Part shown: positions 47,693 through 56,267 of the stretch, in pieces
Position numbering within the stretch: the first letter of the stretch is position 1
Layout of the letters: every line of letters begins with the position of its first letter
Origin: a virus
DNA: 64,000 nt
Virus record (IMG/VR): IMGVR_UViG_3300044629_000431
Coordinates: 64,001 to 128,000 of that record
Direction: 5' to 3' (one strand)
Position numbers and translations under genes: made by a program
Notes under the pieces: generated by a model
What the model was told of the DNA's origin: nothing
Databases searched by the model: none
What the model saw: the letters and a program-made list of their open reading frames with translations, nothing else

Positions 47693-48709
47693 ATGCTGGA
47701 TCCATCCATAGGGTTTAACTCTGCAGTTAATGGTTTTGTTTCAAACACTCAAAACTCTAGCAATGATGGCACACCCAAAGCTAAGAGTTATAGGTATCCG
47801 CTGCGTAGAATTGAAAGCAAGAGCGACTATCTGGAAATAAGAATTGTAAAGTATGAAGCACCAAAATTTGTACCTGGAAATTTAGAAACTAAAACAGTAA
47901 ATAATCAAACTACCATAAATGAAGAGACTGTTTCTTTGGCATCAATCCCAACAGGAACGGAAGCAAATAGAAATACAAAACCTTTAAAATACATTTACTT
48001 ACCAATTCCACAAAACTTATCAGATGCAAACTCAATAACTTGGGGAGATGATACATTAAATCCTTTAGAAGCTTTTGGTTTAAAAGCAGGAACGAGTCTT
48101 GTTGGAAACCCTCTTGGTGCAGCAGCAGCTGCTGGAACTTTTTTCAAAAAATTTGGATCAGAGGTGCAAGGATTAACAGAAGCAAATAAAGATTTGATTG
48201 CATCAGCAGTCGGTGGAGCATTAGTTAATGCTGTTGGTGGAAGTGTTAGTTACCAAAGCATTCTCGCAAGAGCCTCTGGACAAATTTTAAATCCAAACCT
48301 AGAACTTCTCTTTCAAGGTGTAAATCTTAGAAGTTTTCCATTTGTATTTGATTTTGCCCCGAGAGATGAAAGAGAAGCAAGAGAAGTTAAAGAAATAATT
48401 AGAGCATTTAAAATTCATATGACTCCCAAATCAACATCAACTGGCAGTCTTGGAAAAGTTTTTATCAAATCTCCAGATGTATTTTTAGTTGCCTATAAAA
48501 GTGGTAATAAAACGCATCCATTCTTGAATAAGTTTAAACCAATGGCTTTGACTGATATGCAACTTTCTTACACTGGTTCTGGAACTTATTCAACTTATCA
48601 AGATGGGACACCAGTTCATATGCAAATGACCTTGACATTCAAAGAACTCAATCCAATTTACTCCGAAGATTATGAAACCGAAGAAGGAAAAACAGGAGTA
48701 GGTTACTAA
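47693..48709 (+). CDS. gp48: baseplate tail-tube cap gp48
   Basis: IYLPIP ... ILNPNLELLFQG ... LTFKELNPIY. Confidence 0.85.
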   Translation: MLDPSIGFNSAVNGFVSNTQNSSNDGTPKAKSYRYPLRRIESKSDYLEIRIVKYEAPKFVPGNLETKTVNNQTTINEETVSLASIPTGTEANRNTKPLKYIYLPIPQNLSDANSITWGDDTLNPLEAFGLKAGTSLVGNPLGAAAAAGTFFKKFGSEVQGLTEANKDLIASAVGGALVNAVGGSVSYQSILARASGQILNPNLELLFQGVNLRSFPFVFDFAPRDEREAREVKEIIRAFKIHMTPKSTSTGSLGKVFIKSPDVFLVAYKSGNKTHPFLNKFKPMALTDMQLSYTGSGTYSTYQDGTPVHMQMTLTFKELNPIYSEDYETEEGKTGVGY

Positions 48710-48710
48710 A

Positions 48711-49358
48711 ATGTCTTATTTCAGAGAACTTCCAGAAATTCAATACCAGTCACCCATTGAAGATAGAAATTCTTCTCTTGACTATGTGACTGCAAAAAAC
48801 TTATTCAGAAGAGTCAAACTTCGTGATGACTTACAGAACGTTTTTACTCTCTTCAATAAGTATGAAATCAGAGAAGGAGAAAGACCAGACACAGTTGCAG
48901 AAAAAATTTATGGTGCTCCAGACTATGATTGGGTCGTTCTTTTATCTGCAAATATTACCAGCGTAAGAGATCAGTGGCCATTATCAGATAAAGACTTATA
49001 TCTTTATGCTGAAAATAAGTATGGAACTATTTTAAATGATGTTAAGTTCTACGAAACAACTGAAGTCAGAGACTCAAAAAACAGACTTATTCTTCCTGCT
49101 GGTAAAGTGGTGGATAAAACATTTACAATACCAAATCCAAATAATCCATACACAACGTTAAATCCAGTTGTTGGAATTTCTAACTTTCAATATGAAGTTA
49201 GAAAGAATGAGAAAAAACGTTCAATATATGTTCTAAAACCAGGATACCTACAACAATATGTAAATGACTTTAAGGATATTATGTATTATCCAAAGTCTTC
49301 TCAGTATGTCAACAACCGACTTATAAAAACAGAAAATACAAGAAATACTTCACCATAA
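48711..49358 (+). CDS. gp53: baseplate wedge gp53
   Basis: MSYFRELP ... GERPDTVAEKIYG ... WVVLLSANI ... QWP. Confidence 0.85.
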   Translation: MSYFRELPEIQYQSPIEDRNSSLDYVTAKNLFRRVKLRDDLQNVFTLFNKYEIREGERPDTVAEKIYGAPDYDWVVLLSANITSVRDQWPLSDKDLYLYAENKYGTILNDVKFYETTEVRDSKNRLILPAGKVVDKTFTIPNPNNPYTTLNPVVGISNFQYEVRKNEKKRSIYVLKPGYLQQYVNDFKDIMYYPKSSQYVNNRLIKTENTRNTSP

Positions 49359-49937
49359 GAGTTCCAAACTCTTATCAAACATCATCACATAACGGTGCTT
49401 ACGGGAGCGGTCTTTCCATTCTCCTTCAGCACCTTTTATTTTACCTCTTGAATGTTTGGTGCCGTCTGAATAGTAGAAGTCTTTCTTAGGGTCTGTAAGA
49501 CCGCAATATTTAAAGTTGCAAGCACGATAAATTGTACCATCGTGAAAATCAGAATCCGCGTAAGATATGATTGCTGATACCTTTGTGTCTTTGCGAAACT
49601 GTCTAATCGCTTTTGCAACGAACCAAGAAGTAATGTTGTACTCCTGTGACTGTGTATCGGGGTGGATGCAAAGTCTTGAGAGTTCGAAGAGTCCTTGTTG
49701 TTCATTTCTTCCAAGTCCAAATGCTCCTTGCGCGACTTCTGGAACTGGGAGTCCAGTAAAGATAATAATTCCCTGTATTCCACCTATATTTAACGGACAA
49801 AAATCATTTTTCTTGAAAAGACCATAATTGTATCCTGACTTGAACCCTTTTGAAAAGTCCTTAAGATAATGAAACCGCAGAAGTAACTCTGCGGCTTCGG
49901 ACTTACTTACACGTTCAATGTAGTAATCAGACTTCAC
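49350..49937 (-). CDS. Mom-like DNA-modification GNAT protein
   Basis: HYL, ELSRLCI, SWFVAKAI, IISYAD...HDGTIYRACNF. Confidence 0.8.
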   Translation of the reverse strand: MKSDYYIERVSKSEAAELLLRFHYLKDFSKGFKSGYNYGLFKKNDFCPLNIGGIQGIIIFTGLPVPEVAQGAFGLGRNEQQGLFELSRLCIHPDTQSQEYNITSWFVAKAIRQFRKDTKVSAIISYADSDFHDGTIYRACNFKYCGLTDPKKDFYYSDGTKHSRGKIKGAEGEWKDRSRKHRYVMMFDKSLELLW

Positions 49938-50857
49938 TCTTCGGCAAGACGGGCAAAGTAGGACAGGGCATCATCATCCTCATCTTCCTCAACCGCAGCA
50001 GCACGACGAGTGGGTTGAAGATTGCTAAGTTCGGAACGAAGGTCTTCGGTCAGTTCACGGGTCGAACCACGGGTGTTGTCCTCATCAAGGTCTTCAGGAT
50101 CCTGATAACGAGGAGTGCCTTTGGAACCCAGCACATACTCAAGACGCTTCTTCAGTTCATCATAGGTCTTGAACTGGTCAGCAGCAACGAGTTCGGCAAG
50201 GGAATACTGCTTCTTCCACACTGCTTCCATTGCGTCATCATCGTCCAGCAGAGGGGCAGCAGCGGCAAACTCACTAGAGTCATAGTTACGATAACCAGCA
50301 ACATTCTTTGCCTTCAGTTTGAAATTGGCACCTTGCCAGAAGTCAAACGGATCAATCGCCTCTTCATCCTCAAACTCAGGTTGCATCGCTGCAGTCAGTT
50401 TGTCAAAGATCTTCTTACCATACTTAAACAGGAAGACTTTACCTTCGTTAGCAGGGTTGGCAGGATCCTTCACAACATAGATGTTGCTCACATAAGTCAG
50501 TTTACGCTTCTGCTTACGTGCCAGTTCCTTACCAGCATCGGTGCCGTTGTTCCAGAGTTCGGAGTTCAGTTCCGATACAGGATCCTTCTGACCCAGAGTA
50601 GTCAGAGAGTTCTCAATATACCAACCACCAGGACCTTGGAATGCGTGACTGTAGAGTTTCACGAACGGAAGGTCCTCACCGTTCGGAGCAGGAAGGAAAC
50701 GGATCACGGCATAACCATTGCCGCTCTTATCTACATCCAGTTTCCATACGCGGTCGTCACTAGAACCGCTACCAGTATTCATTTTTTCAACTTCTTTGAC
50801 CAGTTTGGCGGTCAAAGAACCAAGTTTAGACTGCTTTTTAAGGTCAGCAAAAGACAT
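49934..50857 (-). CDS. gp32: single-stranded DNA-binding protein gp32
   Basis: DKSGNGYAVIRFLPAP ... WYIENS ... GANFKLK ... NYDSSEF; acidic tail. Confidence 0.95.
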   Translation of the reverse strand: MSFADLKKQSKLGSLTAKLVKEVEKMNTGSGSSDDRVWKLDVDKSGNGYAVIRFLPAPNGEDLPFVKLYSHAFQGPGGWYIENSLTTLGQKDPVSELNSELWNNGTDAGKELARKQKRKLTYVSNIYVVKDPANPANEGKVFLFKYGKKIFDKLTAAMQPEFEDEEAIDPFDFWQGANFKLKAKNVAGYRNYDSSEFAAAAPLLDDDDAMEAVWKKQYSLAELVAADQFKTYDELKKRLEYVLGSKGTPRYQDPEDLDEDNTRGSTRELTEDLRSELSNLQPTRRAAAVEEDEDDDALSYFARLAEE

Positions 50858-50900
50858 TTGGATACCTCGGATAGTTTGGATTCGGGGGATTTACTTAGAT

Positions 50901-50929
50901 ATTATAGCAAAGATGCTCTCAACGGTCAA
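50901..50929 (-). promoter_or_regulatory. sigma70-type promoter for gp32
   Basis: TTGACC-N17-TATAAT. Confidence 0.65.
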
Positions 50930-51251
50930 CGTATTTCTTGAGAGATTCGATTGTCTTGTCCATACTGCTGAACAGGATGCTCATATCAGTCTCTGGTGGG
51001 AAACCCATCAGTGCCACTGACTTACGAAGGTTCTCTTTCATCTCAACCGCTTCTGGGTCATCTGAAAGAGATAGACGTGTATACATTACACGCTGTTTTT
51101 CAAGGAGCAACTGTAGTTTTTCAATGTGTTCCAGTTTTGTTTCACGGGACATTCCACCAAAAGTGAGAATACTTCCGTATATCTCCTCTTGCAACTTATT
51201 GATTTCTTTCAGTTCGTCTTGAATAATATCGGAGTCAAAAAAGTTACTCAT
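50919..51251 (-). CDS. conserved cyanophage/cyanobacterial protein (DUF1825-like)
   Basis: FFDSDIIQDEL ... RLSLSDDPEA. Confidence 0.65.
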   Translation of the reverse strand: MSNFFDSDIIQDELKEINKLQEEIYGSILTFGGMSRETKLEHIEKLQLLLEKQRVMYTRLSLSDDPEAVEMKENLRKSVALMGFPPETDMSILFSSMDKTIESLKKYVDR

Positions 51252-51834
51252 CTATGATTTCCCTTAAAATCTTCTTATACTGGAATACATCAATATTTAG
51301 AAATGGATTATATTTTTTGATTTTCAAACTGACGGTTTCCCACACTGGGTCCAAAAGTTTTTTATCAAAATCTTTTACGATTGAAAATATTTTGTCGTAG
51401 ATGACGAATGTTTCTGGCGATAATTTCCCGCTTAGAAATTTTTTGAGGACTATGGGGTGTCCTTTGGAACAGTTGAACACAGTTTCTAATTCGTTCTCTG
51501 AGAACAATTCCGTTGATTGTTCTTTGAACAAGTAGGTCAAACTCTGTTGCCTCCGCATCCAATCTGCGTAGGTCCTTTCTCCAGAATTGATAATTTCTCC
51601 AATCCATAAGTTCTGTGGGTTGTCTGCGGATACAAAGTTTGAGAGTAAAAAATCTACTATTTCTTTATCTGAATATTTTCTTGAACTTTTTTCGAACCAG
51701 TATTTGTCTTTGCGTTTATTGAACGAAGTGACTGTTGCTCTGGATTTGCCTCCATACTTAAAAAAGTCATATTTACTGTTCGTAAAATGACTTTTCATCG
51801 AAAGATAAGTTTGATATGTCTCAAAAGGACTCAT
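51244..51834 (-). CDS. gp59: helicase loader gp59
   Basis: YLSMKSHFTNSKYDFFKYGGK ... RKDKYWFEK. Confidence 0.9.
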   Translation of the reverse strand: MSPFETYQTYLSMKSHFTNSKYDFFKYGGKSRATVTSFNKRKDKYWFEKSSRKYSDKEIVDFLLSNFVSADNPQNLWIGEIINSGERTYADWMRRQQSLTYLFKEQSTELFSENELETVFNCSKGHPIVLKKFLSGKLSPETFVIYDKIFSIVKDFDKKLLDPVWETVSLKIKKYNPFLNIDVFQYKKILREIIDE

Positions 51835-52091
51835 AACGGAAGTTTTGCTCTTGATGTTCGTTTCATAAAGTTAAGACGAGTTGCGTCCCACTTTAGTTTC
51901 TCTTTCAAAGGTTTTGAAATGAGTTTCGTAACTGATTCTACCTCAAGACAATTGATTTCGCAATAGTGACAAATTGCATCAATATAGTTAAAGTTTTCTT
52001 CTGCTACGATCTTTTCAATCTCAAGAGCAAACTTGGAAGGCGTTAGAAACTTATTCTCGATGGCTTGTTCTAGTTCTTTATTTGGTTCCAT
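51831..52091 (-). CDS. gp33: late transcription coactivator gp33
   Basis: FALEIEKIV ... YIDAI ... LKEKL; start MEPNKEL. Confidence 0.85.
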   Translation of the reverse strand: MEPNKELEQAIENKFLTPSKFALEIEKIVAEENFNYIDAICHYCEINCLEVESVTKLISKPLKEKLKWDATRLNFMKRTSRAKLPL

Positions 52092-52758
52092 AGAGCTCCA
52101 GTTTATCTCTAACAAACTTTCTAATGTATTTGCTGAGCAGTTTGATGTATTTTGATTTGTCATATTCTTCATAAACGACGCATTCTCCATTTTCACAAGC
52201 CATGATAATTACAAGTTTTTTAACAGTCAGTCCTGTTAGTTCGTATAGCATACATCCATATGCCATACATTGAACAAAATAGTGTTCAATCCACTCACGT
52301 GGTTTTGGTTTTTTAGAAGTCTTAAAGTCGATTATTGATAACTCGCCATTATATTCGGCAATACAATCAACAGTCCCAGCAATACCCAGTTGCTTACTAT
52401 ATAGGGACCCTTCAAGGGCGTAAATATTATTTATACGATTGAGTTCTGATTTTGAGATCTTAAACAGAAAATCTGAAAGAGGTTGCACTTCTGGCAGTTC
52501 TTCATTTTTAAGGTAATGCTCAGTAAGAGAGTGCATATCAGTTCCACGACTTGTTGCCGCTTTAGTGACACGCTCTGCCTCTTCTTCACCCACCTTCTTA
52601 CGCCAGTTAACAAAGATTTCCTTGTTAAAATGACTGGTCACCGAAGTGATGGAAACCAGTCGAATAAGTTCTTCTTCGTCTGGAACTTTGTAGTACCTTA
52701 CACCATCAATGGTTTCACGCTCCAACTGAGGGAGTTCAATATCAACATGATTAAACAT
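52078..52758 (-). CDS. PD-(D/E)xK exonuclease
   Basis: RGTDMH, AGTVDCIAEY, IIDFKTS, YFVQ. Confidence 0.85.
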   Translation of the reverse strand: MFNHVDIELPQLERETIDGVRYYKVPDEEELIRLVSITSVTSHFNKEIFVNWRKKVGEEEAERVTKAATSRGTDMHSLTEHYLKNEELPEVQPLSDFLFKISKSELNRINNIYALEGSLYSKQLGIAGTVDCIAEYNGELSIIDFKTSKKPKPREWIEHYFVQCMAYGCMLYELTGLTVKKLVIIMACENGECVVYEEYDKSKYIKLLSKYIRKFVRDKLELYGTK

Positions 52759-53516
52759 TAAAAACCTGCTTCCATTTTCGCAATGATGTATTCTTTAACA
52801 AGTCCAGAACGAACAATATCGTCTACACCAAACTCAATTATATCAAATGATGGCATTTTACGCAATACCGTCATAAAGTCCACAATACCATTACGCTCAT
52901 TTGTTTTCTGCAAGTCTGACTGAGAAGCATCACCACAGAAACAAATCTTGGTATTTTCACCGACACGAGTAATAATAGAATCTAGTTCGTGGAAGTTTAG
53001 ATTCTGAAACTCGTCCACAATAATGATTGCATTATCAAGCGTAGTTCCACGAAGAAAAGAAGTTGACCAGAACTTGATGGTTTCCTGTGCTTTCAGATTG
53101 CCATAAAGCATTTCAAACTCAGAGTCACTTGGCATCTGGAACATGTACTTCACCATATTCTTATATGGAATCTGGTAAATATCTGCTTTGTCATCATGTG
53201 TTCCAGGAAGGAAACCAATTTCACGAGTGGCAACTAGTGAACGAACCAGATAGATTTTCTCATAAGGAGACTGTTCATCTAGAACATCCTGAAGAGCATT
53301 ATAAAGAGTAATGAAGGTCTTACCAGTTCCAGCACAACCATAGGCAACAATGTGTTTACCATCATTATAAGACTCAAAAAGTCTTTTTTGATTGTCTGTA
53401 AGAGGATCAATATCAATTAAGTATTCAGCACTTAGAGGTTTTCTCCTCTTCATTTGTTTTGCAGTCAGACCAACTCCGATTGGTTGATCGGTGTTTCCTC
53501 TTTTTCTTCTTGCCAT
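52758..53516 (-). CDS. phoH: PhoH-like ATPase
   Basis: GCAGTGKT, GFLPG, LRGTTL, DEFQN, GDASQSD. Confidence 0.95.
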   Translation of the reverse strand: MARRKRGNTDQPIGVGLTAKQMKRRKPLSAEYLIDIDPLTDNQKRLFESYNDGKHIVAYGCAGTGKTFITLYNALQDVLDEQSPYEKIYLVRSLVATREIGFLPGTHDDKADIYQIPYKNMVKYMFQMPSDSEFEMLYGNLKAQETIKFWSTSFLRGTTLDNAIIIVDEFQNLNFHELDSIITRVGENTKICFCGDASQSDLQKTNERNGIVDFMTVLRKMPSFDIIEFGVDDIVRSGLVKEYIIAKMEAGF

Positions 53517-53517
53517 A

Positions 53518-53769
53518 TTAGAGTTTTTTTACTTGTGATTTTGGTGCCTTACTTGCCTTAGAAAGAACTTCGTTCCATCCAGGATGCTTATTAACGAGTT
53601 TATCCCTCCACTCACCAACTTCTCCAGGAGAAGGGCAAGTAGATGGATCAGACCAGTCACGAGTCCAGTCTGGATTATCATTTTTCCACTGGTCCCAGAC
53701 GTGGATACTCATTTCCACTTCTTTCTGTTCACCAGTTTTAGTATTAATTACAGGATATACGGGACACAT
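53518..53769 (-). CDS. conserved-looking hypothetical protein
   Basis: ORF between thyX and phoH. Confidence 0.7.
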   Translation of the reverse strand: MCPVYPVINTKTGEQKEVEMSIHVWDQWKNDNPDWTRDWSDPSTCPSPGEVGEWRDKLVNKHPGWNEVLSKASKAPKSQVKKL

Positions 53770-53794
53770 AAGTTACGAATTCAAGATAAAATAT

Positions 53795-54430
53795 TTAGAC
53801 CCATTCAAGGGCTTCGGCAACCGTTGGAAATTGTTCGGAAAACACCTTCTTACATTCCAGAGCAATGTCCATATGCTCCTTCTGAGTGCCATTAGCAGAA
53901 CGAAGATTGATATAGTGAATCCAACTACGGCAAGAACCCGTCATATAGATGCGTGTAGGCGTCGCTAAGGGCAGTACAAACCTTGCACACTCTTTTGCCA
54001 CACCGTGTGCAAGAAGTTCCTTGTAGAGTTGCATAGAGTGTGCAAAATGGTCTTGAATTTTACTCTGAAGACTTAGTTTCTCATAGTCACCAATATCATC
54101 AATTGAGTTCTGACGGTTCTTAGTGTCCTGGCGGCGAAGGTCAGGAACAGGGATATAATCACTCAATAAAGAACTATCAGCATATCGCTGCGAAAATTCT
54201 TGAAAAGTGAAACTACGGTGGCGCAATATCTGAGCTGCGATACCACGGTTTGTTTCAATCTCCAAACTCATAGACGACTGCTCAAAAACAGACCAATGAT
54301 TGTGCTTAATACAATAACGTAGCAAACCCGCATAGTTTTCAGAATCTTGATTCGCTGGATTAGAAACCCTAGCAATATATGCCATTGTTTGTTCTGCATC
54401 GGGAGTCACACTGATAAGTTTTACGGTCAT
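53795..54430 (-). CDS. thyX: flavin-dependent thymidylate synthase
   Basis: HWSVFE, QILRHRSFTFQEFSQRY, ECARFVLP. Confidence 0.95.
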   Translation of the reverse strand: MTVKLISVTPDAEQTMAYIARVSNPANQDSENYAGLLRYCIKHNHWSVFEQSSMSLEIETNRGIAAQILRHRSFTFQEFSQRYADSSLLSDYIPVPDLRRQDTKNRQNSIDDIGDYEKLSLQSKIQDHFAHSMQLYKELLAHGVAKECARFVLPLATPTRIYMTGSCRSWIHYINLRSANGTQKEHMDIALECKKVFSEQFPTVAEALEWV

Positions 54431-54594
54431 TTCTTTCCAAATCCTTTTGATGTTTGTGCTTCAAGGTTTGCAAGTTCTTGTTTCACTACTCGCAGTTGTT
54501 TTTTCATTTCTATAAGTTGCTCAGCAGAATATAAGTGTTCTTTTTTGGTTAATTTCTCAAGCAACTTTACTAGTTCTCGTGCTCTACTAGTCAT
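54427..54594 (-). CDS. small hypothetical protein (55 aa)
   Basis: Manually read MTSRARELVKLLE...KGFGKK. Confidence 0.65.
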   Translation of the reverse strand: MTSRARELVKLLEKLTKKEHLYSAEQLIEMKKQLRVVKQELANLEAQTSKGFGKK

Positions 54595-54760
54595 CTAAAT
54601 CAGAATCCTCAAAAATTTCGTCGTAATCTAAAATCGGTCTTCTTCTGACCTCTGCTTCGGTGTAGGAATAGGCAGACGTATCAGAATAAACTTCTGCTTT
54701 CAAAGAATCAACAAGAAGTTCTAGATTACGGACAATAAGTTTTAGTTTGTCTTTGTCCAT
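54587..54760 (-). CDS. small hypothetical protein (57 aa)
   Basis: Manually read MDKDKLKLIVRNLELLVDSLKAEVYSD... Confidence 0.65.
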   Translation of the reverse strand: MDKDKLKLIVRNLELLVDSLKAEVYSDTSAYSYTEAEVRRRPILDYDEIFEDSDLDD

Positions 54761-54791
54761 AAGATACTATTCTCTTGAGGCATTTTAACAT

Positions 54792-54818
54792 AAAAAAAGG
54801 AGGGGATCAACCCCTCCT
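54792..54818 (-). terminator. intrinsic terminator of the riboswitch operon
   Basis: AGGAGGGG-TTGAT-CCCCTCCTTTTTTT. Confidence 0.8.
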
Positions 54819-54974
54819 GTTAAATATTGGTTCCATATCTAAAACTTGTTCAAACCACTCTTTAAGATGTATGCGGTAACAAGACCAATACTTACACCCA
54901 CGATATGTAAGTTGATAACAGGCAGGTTCTCTGCTGTCCTTATCCATATCGTCCCAGTGGTAATGGTAATCCAC
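54807..54974 (-). CDS. DUF4278-like small protein (55 aa)
   Basis: GTG start; LTYRGCKY motif. Confidence 0.5.
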   Translation of the reverse strand: MDYHYHWDDMDKDSREPACYQLTYRGCKYWSCYRIHLKEWFEQVLDMEPIFNRRG

Positions 54975-55057
54975 TATTTAAAAAGAAATTGAATATAAAG
55001 CGACAATAAAGTAATTACAACCGCACAACCTGCGGTAATTTGTAATACTGCGAACAT
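54974..55057 (-). CDS. small hydrophobic peptide (27 aa)
   Basis: MFAVLQITAGCAVVITLLSLYIQFLFK; 1-nt overlaps with neighbours. Confidence 0.45.
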   Translation of the reverse strand: MFAVLQITAGCAVVITLLSLYIQFLFK

Positions 55058-55155
55058 CACTTTGCTCCAACGAGTTGTGCTAGTTGTGCTTGGTGACGGC
55101 GCTCTTCTTTTTGTTTTTGTTCTTTGATAAGTTGTAGGAAGTTTAGCTTTTGCAT
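55057..55155 (-). CDS. small basic helical peptide (32 aa)
   Basis: MQKLNFLQLIKEQKQKEERRHQAQLAQLVGAK; AGGAGG ribosome-binding site; TGATG coupling. Confidence 0.55.
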   Translation of the reverse strand: MQKLNFLQLIKEQKQKEERRHQAQLAQLVGAK

Positions 55156-55292
55156 CACTTATGCCCCTCCTTTACGAACTTAACACCACGATAGGTTTCG
55201 TTGTATTGTTGGGCTTGTTGTTGCATTTGCTGTTGGTATTCGATACGCTTTTGGGTATCGTATTCAACACCTCTGTAAACGACTTTAGACAT
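55155..55292 (-). CDS. DUF4278-like protein (45 aa)
   Basis: Two YRGV motifs (VVYRGVEY, ETYRGVKF); AAGGAG ribosome-binding site; directly after the glutamine aptamers. Confidence 0.8.
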   Translation of the reverse strand: MSKVVYRGVEYDTQKRIEYQQQMQQQAQQYNETYRGVKFVKEGHK

Positions 55293-55324
55293 TAGGTTTT
55301 CTCCTTAGTTTTTTAGGTTAAAGA

Positions 55325-55496
55325 GCGTTCCTTCAGTCGGCTTTTGCGTCTATTTTACACTCCTTTGGAGCAATCTGTTTGATTTCCCAAATCAAGTCAT
55401 TTTTTGCTTGTTTTGGAATATCAACTTTATAAACTCTTCCAATCATTAACTGTGCTTGTAAACAAGTTAATAAGAGTGTTTCCATAGATGAACGAT
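55325..55496 (-). promoter_or_regulatory. glnA-type glutamine riboswitch aptamer 2 (expanded P2 loop)
   Basis: ATCGTTCATCTAT ... ATAGACGCAAAAGCCGACTGAAGGAACGC; P1 CGTTC/GAACG, P2 TCTAT/ATAGA. Confidence 0.75.
55333..55485 (-). CDS. small protein (50 aa) nested in aptamer 2
   Basis: METLLLTCLQAQLMIGRVYKVDIPKQAKNDLIWEIKQIAPKECKIDAKAD. Confidence 0.65.
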   Translation of the reverse strand: METLLLTCLQAQLMIGRVYKVDIPKQAKNDLIWEIKQIAPKECKIDAKAD

Positions 55497-55497
55497 C

Positions 55498-55750
55498 CGT
55501 TCCGAGTCGGCTTACTTCCGTCCTATTCAGTTTAGCACTTAAGTCTCACAACATCCTTTCGGAGTTCTGATAGCAATCGGTCTTCTTTTCTTTGGTCTAC
55601 TACATCGTCGTTTTTAACGATGTCCATTAGTTCCCACGCTGCGTCACAACTTATTGTCACTTGATTTGATTTGGCAAGTTGAGGCGTAGAGATAGAAAGA
55701 AGTGGAACCCATGCTAAAAGCAAAAGTGCCTTAGACATAGGATGAACGTT
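55498..55750 (-). promoter_or_regulatory. glnA-type glutamine riboswitch aptamer 1 (expanded P2 loop)
   Basis: AACGTTCATCCTAT ... ATAGGACGGAAGTAAGCCGACTCGGAACG; P1 CGTTC/GAACG, P2 TCCTAT/ATAGGA, E-loop GGAAGTA. Confidence 0.75.
55532..55738 (-). CDS. small protein (68 aa, signal-peptide-like N-terminus) nested in aptamer 1
   Basis: ORF track; the ATG overlaps the 5' P2 strand. Confidence 0.65.
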   Translation of the reverse strand: MSKALLLLAWVPLLSISTPQLAKSNQVTISCDAAWELMDIVKNDDVVDQRKEDRLLSELRKDVVRLKC

Positions 55751-55758
55751 AGAGGGAT

Positions 55759-55838
55759 ATTATACCTCTATTCTTCTTATATATACAAGTTTTATGTTGA
55801 AACAGTAACAATAGATACAAAAATGTATCCATATTATA
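55759..55838 (-). promoter_or_regulatory. promoter region with NtcA-like box
   Basis: TATAAT at 55759-55764 and 55833-55838; GTA-N8-TAC at 55805-55818. Confidence 0.55.
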
Positions 55839-55913
55839 CTAAAAAGAATGAAGATTTATGAAAACCCTCACGCAAAGAAATTTTGCCGGGAAATTTTCCC
55901 CCGATATGGGAAA

Positions 55914-56267
55914 CTACTTCCGCTTTTTGGTTTTGGGTGCTTGATAACCCCAGGTCTTTGGATTGTATCGACCATATCCAAAGTCAATACTCTTTAAGTT
56001 TTCACGAAACTTATCCCAATACATATCAAACAAACGAGTTCTTGTTCCTCTAGTTAGGTCATAACAAACTTCTTCGTCTACAAGATATTTTACAATGTAA
56101 GCATCATTCGGTGCTTCTTTGGTGCAGACATCAGCATATGAACCATTTTCAATCATAATTTCACAACTGTAGCGTGACTTGCAAGTTTCTTTTTCTGCTG
56201 ATGTCCAATGATCCATATGCTTTTCCTGTGTTTTTTCAACAACTTGACTCACGAACGCCCTCCCCAA
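55914..56267 (-). CDS. conserved-looking cyanophage hypothetical protein
   Basis: ORF track; start uncertain. Confidence 0.65.
   Translation of the reverse strand: MGRAFVSQVVEKTQEKHMDHWTSAEKETCKSRYSCEIMIENGSYADVCTKEAPNDAYIVKYLVDEEVCYDLTRGTRTRLFDMYWDKFRENLKSIDFGYGRYNPKTWGYQAPKTKKRK

Noticed and set aside
50015-50941. 308-aa plus-strand ORF antisense to gp32
   Set aside because: Shadow ORF of a strongly codon-biased gene.
52078-52758. Cas4 / CRISPR association of the exonuclease
   Set aside because: It lacks the four-Cys Fe-S pattern, has no cas genes or array nearby, and sits in the usual phoH-exonuclease-gp33-gp59 context.
55825-55839. Second possible NtcA box, GTA...TAC
   Set aside because: The spacer is 9 nt rather than 8.
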